Of a stretch of DNA of 64,000 bases, positions 1-7,704 are shown in pieces. The DNA lies in NCBI GenBank assembly GCA_044376115.1, contig JBILLK010000005.1:256001-320000 (forward strand), written 5' to 3'. Position 1 is the first letter of the stretch, and every line of letters begins with the position of its first letter. The notes under the pieces are model-generated. The model was not told the DNA's origin, ran no database searches, and worked only from the letters and a program-made list of their open reading frames with translations. This DNA is from Polyangiaceae bacterium. GTDB taxonomy: Bacteria; Myxococcota_A; Polyangia; Polyangiales; Polyangiaceae. A program made the translations under genes and the position numbers.

Positions 1-36
1 CGTTTTGCCGGAGTCAGTCGAGCGCAACCGCCACAA

Positions 37-1983
37 CTATTGTGGGACGTTCGAGCTGGTGAAGCCATTGGCCCGGAGGGCTGCTGCGGCTCGACGAATG
101 CGAGCGGGGCCGCCTTCGCGGTTCGACTCCAGCAGCGTGAATTGGCGCAGGTAGTAGTGCCCGATGGCGTCGCGTTCGGCGTCTGCGAGCTGATAGCGCT
201 TGGCCTCGGTCGCAATGGCAAGAACCACCTCCTCGGGTGAGCGCGCCGCTTCCCACATCCGCCACGACATTCGCGCGAATACGCGGTAGGCACTAAGAAA
301 ACGTGAGACGGGTTGCGCGTCTTCCTCTGCGCCGAGCGGGTGGATCGCCGTCCAGGGCCTGGAGTTGTCGTGGGCGTGCGCGAGTTCCGCCATCACATCG
401 AGCCAACTGTCCACGGGTAGCGCGTCCGTCACTTCTGCAGCTAGATCTCGTGAGGCCGGATTGATGAGTAGTGCAGCAAGAGGCAGAACCCGGCGGAAGT
501 TGCCTCGATTGGCAGTGACAAAATGAAGCAGCGGGGTTGTTGAGCCGGGTAGGAAGATCAACGCCCAGACGCGGCCAAACGTGAGGTCGTCCATCTCCTG
601 AAGCACCTCGAGTTGGTCCTGGGCCGAAAGCTGTGCGAGTTCGGCTAGCGCGAGCTCGCCGAGATGTCTCGCCTGTCCCTCGGCGTGAAGCGCCCGCTGG
701 GAGACTGTGCGCTTACCAGCGAGACTGAACAAGAGGCCGGCGCGTCCGTACAGCCCCTTGAGGCAGGCGCTTTGGGCGAGTCGTCCGGCGAGTGTCGTCG
801 GAGACTTCTCTGCCTCGACGGACTGAATCAGCGTTGCAAGCCGGTCCAAGGATGTACCCGACGGGAGGCGCACCAACTCGACATTGACGTCCCCTCCCTG
901 GCCGGTGCGCACATGCGGGGGATCGATCCATGCCATATGCAGGTAAAAGGCACAGGGAACAGAGGCTCCAGCGCGCGCCGAAGATTCATCAGCGGCTTCA
1001 GCATTGGCGATTGCCCGCTCGGAGTAGAGCGGTAAGGCGCCCTCAAAGCGATCGTTGTTCGCAGGGTAGCCAGACGACAACGTCTGAGTGGCGGGAACCG
1101 ACTGTAGGCTGAATGGGCCGCCATCGAGGTTGGTAGGGCTGCTCGAGAGCTGGCTGCCGACATCGAAGTCGTCACGTGGAATTGGGTTCTGCTCGAGGTC
1201 GTGCGCCCGCGCGTAGACGTCAATGAGATCTGCTGCCGGGAAGTATGCGCCGGAGGGTGCAGATTCCTGGCCGCTAACCAGGTCCCGTACTTGAACGAGT
1301 CGACCCTCGGCAGTGAGATCCGCGAGCAGCGGAGCGAGGTGCGATACCCCAGCCGACTTCCCACCATAGTAACGTAGGAAGGCCCTCGAGCCGAGCCCTA
1401 CATCGTGAAGGGCTGCAACCAACAAGTGGCTCAGTGGCTCACACGATCCGCTGCGGTTCAGCAATACGTCGGACAGGCGGCCCCCGGGAACTCCAGTGTA
1501 AGCGAGGTCGGCAAATACCTTGGAGATGGCTGTCGCTGGATTGGTCGTGGCGAGCTCCGATTTCAGCCACGTCACACGTTCGATAAAGAGCCTCTTGGCT
1601 TGGTTTAGGTCGAAGGGGCTGCCTTCTTCTTCGGCGTCAATCGCGTTGGCCCGCAGCAAGAACTCACCAAGTGCCAGAGAATGACGCCGACGTGCAGCCC
1701 GGGCCTCGGCGACCAAGCGTCGGCGCGCCTCCTGATGGCGATGTTTTGCGAGCAGCTGCTTCGTTGCGGCGGCTGCGTCCTGTAGCCATTCGCGGGCTGG
1801 CTGCGGGGCTGGAGCGAGAGCAGGCTGATCGTCGCCTGAGGTGAGCAGCAAGGCCACGAGGCCGTGGGCCAGAAGAGCTCCTAGCCACGTGACGAGCGCG
1901 CGGATCAGCCGGAGCCGGCGTGCCGCCCACTCAGCAAAGAAGTTGGGGTCTTCAGTCGCGGACACGGGCCAGCCCAGAGACAC
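37..1983 (-). CDS. Membrane-anchored hypothetical protein with transglutaminase-like (Cys-His-Asp) core
   Basis: 648-aa ORF with an N-terminal hydrophobic helix (LVTWLGALLAHGLVALLL). The segment DVLLNRSGSCEPLSHLLVAALHDVG...SHLAPLL...VRDLVSG resembles the transglutaminase-like/SirB1 pattern. Family call by eye. Confidence 0.5.
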   Translation of the reverse strand: MSLGWPVSATEDPNFFAEWAARRLRLIRALVTWLGALLAHGLVALLLTSGDDQPALAPAPQPAREWLQDAAAATKQLLAKHRHQEARRRLVAEARAARRRHSLALGEFLLRANAIDAEEEGSPFDLNQAKRLFIERVTWLKSELATTNPATAISKVFADLAYTGVPGGRLSDVLLNRSGSCEPLSHLLVAALHDVGLGSRAFLRYYGGKSAGVSHLAPLLADLTAEGRLVQVRDLVSGQESAPSGAYFPAADLIDVYARAHDLEQNPIPRDDFDVGSQLSSSPTNLDGGPFSLQSVPATQTLSSGYPANNDRFEGALPLYSERAIANAEAADESSARAGASVPCAFYLHMAWIDPPHVRTGQGGDVNVELVRLPSGTSLDRLATLIQSVEAEKSPTTLAGRLAQSACLKGLYGRAGLLFSLAGKRTVSQRALHAEGQARHLGELALAELAQLSAQDQLEVLQEMDDLTFGRVWALIFLPGSTTPLLHFVTANRGNFRRVLPLAALLINPASRDLAAEVTDALPVDSWLDVMAELAHAHDNSRPWTAIHPLGAEEDAQPVSRFLSAYRVFARMSWRMWEAARSPEEVVLAIATEAKRYQLADAERDAIGHYYLRQFTLLESNREGGPARIRRAAAALRANGFTSSNVPQ

Positions 1984-2010
1984 CTGAGCGCTGCGTGAGT
2001 TCCTGCCTTG

Positions 2011-3336
2011 CTAAACAAAGATGCCGACGACATTTCCCATCAGACAGTTTGCCAGCGCGCCACCGATCATCGTTCGGAGCGCCATCTTCGATAAGTCGGG
2101 CATCCGACTTGGAGCCATTGCTCCGATGCCTCCTAACTGAATGCCGATGCTGGCAAAGTTGGCAAAGCCACATAGCGCGTAGCTAGCGATCAAAGCGCTT
2201 CGCTCGCTGAGCTGCGGCGACGCCCCGCTGGTCATCTCTCCCAGGTGGATATAGGCGACGAACTCGGTCAGCACGAGCTTCTCGCCCAACAGGCGACCAA
2301 CCAAGGGAGCCTCTGCCCAGGGAATACCCATTACGAAGGCTACAGGCGCGAACGCCCAGCCCAAGATGCGAGCCATGGATAGCGGTTCCCCTGCGACATT
2401 GGCAAAGGATAGTGCATAGTCGCACATGGCAACGAGCCCGACGAAGGCGAGCAACATCGCAATCACGTTGAGGAAGAGCTTCATACCCTCCGACGCTCCG
2501 TCAGCGGCTGCCTCGAGCACGTTGCCGTGAGCTTTTTCTACCTTGAACTCCAGCTTGCCCGAGGTCTCAGGGCTCTCCGTCTCGGGCTGCATGATCTTGG
2601 CGATCGCAATCGAGGCTGGAGCTCCCAGGATGCTCGCGGTGACAAGGTGCCCAGCGATGCCAGGAATGTTAGGAAGAAAACCGACATAAGCGGCCATCAC
2701 TCCGCCTGCGACGGTGGCAAATCCCCCGACCATGACGAGGAACAGTTCGCTCTTCGTCATCTTGACGATGAAGGGTTTGATCGTGAGTGGGGCCTCGGTT
2801 TGTCCCAGAAAGATATTGGCCGAAGTGCTGAGGGATTCCGCGCCGCTGATGCGTGCGGTTCTTTGCATCACCCAGGCAAGGCCGTAGACGACCCGTTGCA
2901 TGATGCCAAGGTGGTAGGCAACGCTCATCAGGCTCGAAAAGAAGATGATCGTCGGCAAGACCCAGAAAGCGAACGTCTTCGTTGGGGGCGAGACGCGACC
3001 AACGATGACATCCGTTTGCGACCCGTCGGGGTTCAAGACCTTGTGGGGCTCAATCGATTGAAAGACGAAGGTCGCGCCGGCTTCCGAGAATGAGAGGAGC
3101 CGACGGACGCCAGCGTCGATCCATACGAAGAAGAAGCTTTGAACGGAGGGGGTCAGCACCACCGCAGCCAAAAGCAGCTGCAAGCCGACTCCCCAGAGGA
3201 CCGGTCGCAAGGAGATACGCTTACGGTCCGAGCTCAACGCGAATGCGATGCCCAGAATGGCCAGGATGCCAAAGGCAGAGAGCAGCCTGTAGCCCACAGG
3301 TACCGGTGCATCCGCCGCGGAAGCGTACAATCCCAT
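2011..3336 (-). CDS. nupC: Concentrative nucleoside transporter (CNT/NupC family)
   Basis: Motifs FAFWVLPTIIFFSSL, SANIFLGQTEAPL, GGFATVAGGV, GEKLVLTEFVAY, SYALCGFANFASIGIQLGG. Start chosen at ATG 3336; the ORF is open to 3453 but that would overlap the divergent gene. Confidence 0.93.
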   Translation of the reverse strand: MGLYASAADAPVPVGYRLLSAFGILAILGIAFALSSDRKRISLRPVLWGVGLQLLLAAVVLTPSVQSFFFVWIDAGVRRLLSFSEAGATFVFQSIEPHKVLNPDGSQTDVIVGRVSPPTKTFAFWVLPTIIFFSSLMSVAYHLGIMQRVVYGLAWVMQRTARISGAESLSTSANIFLGQTEAPLTIKPFIVKMTKSELFLVMVGGFATVAGGVMAAYVGFLPNIPGIAGHLVTASILGAPASIAIAKIMQPETESPETSGKLEFKVEKAHGNVLEAAADGASEGMKLFLNVIAMLLAFVGLVAMCDYALSFANVAGEPLSMARILGWAFAPVAFVMGIPWAEAPLVGRLLGEKLVLTEFVAYIHLGEMTSGASPQLSERSALIASYALCGFANFASIGIQLGGIGAMAPSRMPDLSKMALRTMIGGALANCLMGNVVGIFV

Positions 3337-3436
3337 GGGCTTAGTGGACCACGCGAGCGTCGGTCGGGCCAAAAGGGGAGCAGGTTCGGCATGGCTGCCG
3401 GTGACGCCCAGCGCCAGCTGTGCAACAGGATGCGAC

Positions 3437-4291
3437 GTGTCGGACGAGCTCACTCAGCGATTTGTGGACCTGGTGTGTCGAGAGTTGGGGGCCGCCGAGG
3501 TTGCGGTACTGGAGGGCGAGCTTCCAGAGGAACCACTTTCGCTCCGTGTCGCTCTTGCCGGTGGCAAACAAGTGGTCGCTCGTTTTGCCGCTGCAGAGGC
3601 GATCGGTTCGGCAAACTTGCGTCGCTTGGAGATCTTGGTGCGCGCCTTCGAGGAGGCGCTGATCGGTGAGCCCCAACGTCGTCCTCGCGCTCCGGTGGCA
3701 TCGTCGCTGCGGGAGGAGCTCCGCGCACTCGCCTCGCGAGCGAGCTCGCTGGGAGCGCTGGTGATCGATGCGCATTCCCCTGTGATTTGGGCGGCCACCT
3801 CGGAGCGCATCGAAGGCGCAATGGACGAGGAGCCGAACAACGTGTTTCCGTTTCCTCCGGAGGCTCGAGAGACTTTGAGGCTCGTTCGCGAGAGCCACCG
3901 CGGCGTGCTGATCGCGCTCGGCGTAGAACCGGAACCGGCGCCTGCCGTCGACCCAACGCTCGAGGAAGTTTCCCCGGCTAACGAGGAAGAGGACTCAGCC
4001 CTTCGAGATGCGGTGCGCAAAGTAAGGACGCTGCGCGAGCTGGCCCAATTGCATAAAGGGTCGCATCTGAACCACACCGAGCGCGGCGTTGATGGCGGCT
4101 ACATAGCGCGTAGTTTTGCCGGCATTTATTGCCTTGTTTTGGTGTTTGACCAGCCGTTTGACGAGATTCGCGCCGAGCGTGCCGTGAGAGACGCATTGCC
4201 GCGCATTGAACGACTGGTGTTGGCGTTGCCGCCGCTCGACCCCGAGCCGCTGCTGCGCGGTGCCGTCGCCAAGCGTCCACGTCGAGGTTGA
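3437..4291 (+). CDS. Hypothetical protein, possibly roadblock/LC7-like domain split by an acidic insertion
   Basis: ORF 3335-4291; GTG at 3437 is preceded by AGGA. LRALASRASSLGALVIDAHSPVIWAA and GGYIARSFAGIYCLVLVFDQPFDEIRAERAVRDALPRIE resemble the two halves of a roadblock fold. Confidence 0.6.
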   Translation: MSDELTQRFVDLVCRELGAAEVAVLEGELPEEPLSLRVALAGGKQVVARFAAAEAIGSANLRRLEILVRAFEEALIGEPQRRPRAPVASSLREELRALASRASSLGALVIDAHSPVIWAATSERIEGAMDEEPNNVFPFPPEARETLRLVRESHRGVLIALGVEPEPAPAVDPTLEEVSPANEEEDSALRDAVRKVRTLRELAQLHKGSHLNHTERGVDGGYIARSFAGIYCLVLVFDQPFDEIRAERAVRDALPRIERLVLALPPLDPEPLLRGAVAKRPRRG

Positions 4292-4292
4292 C

Positions 4293-4949
4293 GTGCTCAC
4301 GACCGTTCGTCGGGTTCTCGCTTCACCGCGTTTGCGCGCTGGATTCGTGGCCTTTCACGGCGCAGCGGTCGTTTTGCTGTCCCTGCCTACGGGCGCGGTC
4401 TCTGATGAGCGCTGGAAGTCGAAGGGGACCCAGGCTGACCTCGCCGAGTGGGGTAGCGGTTTGGGTGAAGGCAACGACTTCGCGTTGTGGTTTCAACGCG
4501 TGGCCAAGGGCTATGCGGACGTGCGCGGAGTGGTGGTGGCGCCGTTCAATCTGTATGCGGAGAGCACAGGCGCCCGACAAGGCTGGGCCATGTTCTCAAG
4601 TCCTCAACGCTACCCAGCAGAGGTTCATGTCGACGCCAAGATCGACGGTCAGTGGGTAGCGATCTACCGACCCCACGACGAAGCGACTGCGTTTGATTCA
4701 GCGTTCTTGACCCACCACCGCCTACGCAAATTCCAGGGTCGGTTTGCGCGCGAGTGGAAGGGAAAGCGCTTCCAAGAGTTTGCCGCGTTCTTGGCAAAAC
4801 GAGCACTTGCCGCTCATCCGAATGCAGAAGCGGTTCGAGTTCGACTCGAGCGAAAGCAGAGCCTGCCGCCCGAGGCCGTACGCATGGGGACCAAAGCCAA
4901 GGGTAGCTACGAGGTCACCCACGTCTTCGACCGCAAGCGACAGCCATGA
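4293..4949 (+). CDS. SdpA/DUF5819-like membrane-anchored partner of HTTM protein
   Basis: N-terminal TM segment (AGFVAFHGAAVVLLSL) and motif GARQGWAMFSSP. ATGA overlap with the downstream HTTM gene. Start GTG 4293 lies 1 nt after the upstream stop. Confidence 0.6.
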   Translation: MLTTVRRVLASPRLRAGFVAFHGAAVVLLSLPTGAVSDERWKSKGTQADLAEWGSGLGEGNDFALWFQRVAKGYADVRGVVVAPFNLYAESTGARQGWAMFSSPQRYPAEVHVDAKIDGQWVAIYRPHDEATAFDSAFLTHHRLRKFQGRFAREWKGKRFQEFAAFLAKRALAAHPNAEAVRVRLERKQSLPPEAVRMGTKAKGSYEVTHVFDRKRQP

Positions 4950-5926
4950 GCAGGCGAGGTTGGCTCTCCGCATGGACGGCTTTCACCTCCGAAACCGAAG
5001 CGCCCATAGCTCTGGCCTGGTTTCGGGTTGCGCTCGCGACGGTGATGCTGGGGACGATTGTCGACGCCATGTACAGTGGCGTGCTTTCGGCCATGTGGAT
5101 AGACCGTGCAAACGGCGGAGCCCTATCGCTCAATCCTTCTGGGCTGGTGGCTTGGCTCGGTGGCGCGACCCCTGCCGTCGTATGGTCTTTAGCCGCAGCG
5201 TCCTTGGTTGCAACGTCGCTGGTATTGCTGGGCGTGGGCGGAAGAATTCCTGCGTTGGTAGCCGGGCAAACGTACTTTGCGTTGACCCGAATCCAGGGGG
5301 AGACGATCGGTGGGTACGACGGGCTAATGGTCAATGCGATGTTCCTACTGTTTCTCAGCGGTGCCCATACCGACCTTTCCTTGTCCCGGTGGCTCGTTCG
5401 TAGACGCGAGGGCAAGCTAGCCCCACCCGAGCCTATTCTGGCTTGGCCTCGCTACATGCTCATTTTTCAGCTGCTCGTGATGTACGGCTTTACCGGGATT
5501 CAGAAGGTGAGCCCGGTGTGGACCCCATTGGGCGGTTATTCAGCCCTTTACTGGGTATACCAAGATCCGACGTGGCGACGGTTCAATATGGATTGGACTG
5601 CCGGTTATCCCACCGTCCTATCCGTAATGACGGCTGTGACGTGGCACTGGGAGGTGATGGCCCCCGGGCTACTATTGTTTTATTGGGCACGCAGGAGGAG
5701 AGATTCTGGCGGCCGCTTCGTGCGGCTGCTGTTGCGCTGGGATCTGCGCAAACCCTTTGTCCTCGTTGGCGTAGGCCTGCACCTTGGGATCCTGCTGACG
5801 TTGGAGGTCGGCCCGTTCTCGCTGGTTTCGCTTGCTTACTATCTGGCGTTGTTCAGTCCAGACGATCGCGAGGCACTTCGAGTTTGGTGGCGGGCGCGTG
5901 GTGCGACTCCGGCTGTCGGAGTATGA
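4946..5926 (+). CDS. HTTM-domain membrane protein (SdpB / vitamin-K-dependent carboxylase-like)
   Basis: Multi-pass protein with ALAWFRVALA, QLLVMYGFTGIQKV..W, and LHLGILLTLEVGPFS, typical of the HTTM family. Confidence 0.8.
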   Translation: MSRRGWLSAWTAFTSETEAPIALAWFRVALATVMLGTIVDAMYSGVLSAMWIDRANGGALSLNPSGLVAWLGGATPAVVWSLAAASLVATSLVLLGVGGRIPALVAGQTYFALTRIQGETIGGYDGLMVNAMFLLFLSGAHTDLSLSRWLVRRREGKLAPPEPILAWPRYMLIFQLLVMYGFTGIQKVSPVWTPLGGYSALYWVYQDPTWRRFNMDWTAGYPTVLSVMTAVTWHWEVMAPGLLLFYWARRRRDSGGRFVRLLLRWDLRKPFVLVGVGLHLGILLTLEVGPFSLVSLAYYLALFSPDDREALRVWWRARGATPAVGV

Positions 5927-5968
5927 TGCGCGGCGAATGGGGACCTTGTCCAAACGGGTAGAGAGGTC

Positions 5969-7285
5969 ATGAGCTCGGGCGCGGCGTTTGCCGCGACGGG
6001 GCAGTGGCGTTCAACGGATGAGCTCGTGCTTGTGCGGCTCACGGAGCAGAGAGCGCTTCAAGCGCTCTGGGAGTTCCAGGCTGCTCCAGGACAACCGTTG
6101 CTGGTTGGAAAGGGCGTTCGTGGAGCTCGTCTGGTCCGTGAACTGAGCCAAGCGTTGGGCGCTGAGGCGGCGGTCCAGCGGGCCCTGCAAGGCTTCGCGC
6201 GGGATTTGAGCGCGCTTCTCGCGGGGCCCTTCTCGGGTTGGCCGGCCACGTTGCGGCATGCTGCTGCCGTGTTTGCTGGAAAGGTCGCCGATAGTTGGGA
6301 GCTGCGTTTGCGTCGATCGGCGGCTGCCGATGCCACCCCTGACGAGAAGGGCGCCCTCGAAAGCCATTGGGAGCGATGGCTCGAGCACAGACTCCGGGAG
6401 CAGAGCCTTTGGCTTTCCCTGGCTAAAGAGCACGATTTCTTTACGGAGATTGCCAAGCGACTGGGACTACCCAAAGCCGAGCTGAACCTTGCCTCGCGGA
6501 TCCACGCCCCGATGGTTGCACTCACGTTGAAAGCAGCGGCTGAGCAGGCTCAGCAAGGCTACTTTGGTACGGTTTGCTTCGGTGCCCTCGCCCGGCTTGA
6601 TGACGCTGTTCGCCGCCAACAACTTCCGTCCGAAGTCGTTCAGGCGTTCTGTGAGCAGCTCGACCAACGGGTCTATCGCGTTGTCGATCATGCGCTCGAG
6701 AGTCTCCGTGACGCCTTTACCGAAGCACGGGCTGTGGACGCTGGAGTAGGCGCAGCCGAAGAACTGAGCGCAAAGCTGAAGTCGCTTTGGCTTTGGACTG
6801 GGCACTCGATCCACGTGGAAGTGTTTGCGCTCGAGCAGCTCTCGCCCGTTGCCTGGCACCTCTCTCGTGCGCGGGACATGCCACGGATGCGCCGTATTCT
6901 TGCGCCCAGTATCGAGCTGCTATTCAGCATGGAGGCGCGCATCCTGCGAGAGCCGGTCGAGCTCATGGCGCGCGCTGCTGGCTGCGCCGAAATGTTGTTG
7001 TTTTGGGCTGGCGTCGAGCAGCCTCCGGGTGAGTACAGTGCGTTGGTTGAACGGGCGTTGCGCGTCTGTCCTGGTCATCGCAACGCGCGGCAAGCGATGG
7101 CGCAGATTCTCTGTGAACGAGCCAAGACGCGGCTCAACTTTGCCAACGCCGCCAACCATCGCAACTGTATTCAGGAAGCCGCCAAGCTGCTCGAGGATGC
7201 GCGCGGTCTCTTTCCGGCCTGCCGCAATGTTGAGGAAACGACGCTCAAGGTGGCTGAGGCCAAGCGTCAATGGGGGATCCCGTGA
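5969..7285 (+). CDS. All-helical hypothetical protein with C-terminal TPR-like repeats (Hsp70-operon gene 1)
   Basis: 438 aa with GAGG RBS. ALVERALRVCPGHRNARQAMAQIL and AAKLLEDARGLFPACRNV are TPR-like. GTGA overlap with the next gene. Confidence 0.7.
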   Translation: MSSGAAFAATGQWRSTDELVLVRLTEQRALQALWEFQAAPGQPLLVGKGVRGARLVRELSQALGAEAAVQRALQGFARDLSALLAGPFSGWPATLRHAAAVFAGKVADSWELRLRRSAAADATPDEKGALESHWERWLEHRLREQSLWLSLAKEHDFFTEIAKRLGLPKAELNLASRIHAPMVALTLKAAAEQAQQGYFGTVCFGALARLDDAVRRQQLPSEVVQAFCEQLDQRVYRVVDHALESLRDAFTEARAVDAGVGAAEELSAKLKSLWLWTGHSIHVEVFALEQLSPVAWHLSRARDMPRMRRILAPSIELLFSMEARILREPVELMARAAGCAEMLLFWAGVEQPPGEYSALVERALRVCPGHRNARQAMAQILCERAKTRLNFANAANHRNCIQEAAKLLEDARGLFPACRNVEETTLKVAEAKRQWGIP

Positions 7286-7704
7286 GCGAACCGCTGAAGA
7301 GCGCCGACCCTTTCGAGGAGTTCGGCATCTCGCCGTTGGCGACGCCCGAGGAAATTACGGCACGGCTGCAGGAGCTTTTTGCGGACGCCGATGAGAGTGA
7401 GCAAGCTCGGTTGCGCACGGCCTTTGATCGGTTGACGCGCTCTCCGCATGAGCGGCTCGAGCTCGTGCTCGGGTCCTTTCTCGAGGAGCCGGAGGTCCCG
7501 CTGCCAAGCTCAGCGACGCGTGCGTTGCCCCGTGCCGTTCCCTCTCGCTTGAAGGAGTCGCTTGCTGGTGGCGTGCTCGAGACGTACTGGGCGCAGCTGA
7601 AAAGGACCGCGCCCGAGTCCGCGGAGAAGCTGCGCGGTTTGCAAAGCTCTGGTCACATTCCGCTTGAACAAGACCCGCTGCTCGGGCCCTCGGAGAAGTC
7701 ATGA
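7282..7704 (+). CDS. Small J-domain-like protein lacking the HPD motif
   Basis: DPFEEFGISPLATPEEITARLQEL...RLRTAFDRLTRSPHER parallels the J-domain pattern DYYEVLGV...A..EEIK...I.EAY.VL.DP..R, but there is no HPD. 4-nt overlaps on both sides. Confidence 0.6.
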   Translation: MSEPLKSADPFEEFGISPLATPEEITARLQELFADADESEQARLRTAFDRLTRSPHERLELVLGSFLEEPEVPLPSSATRALPRAVPSRLKESLAGGVLETYWAQLKRTAPESAEKLRGLQSSGHIPLEQDPLLGPSEKS

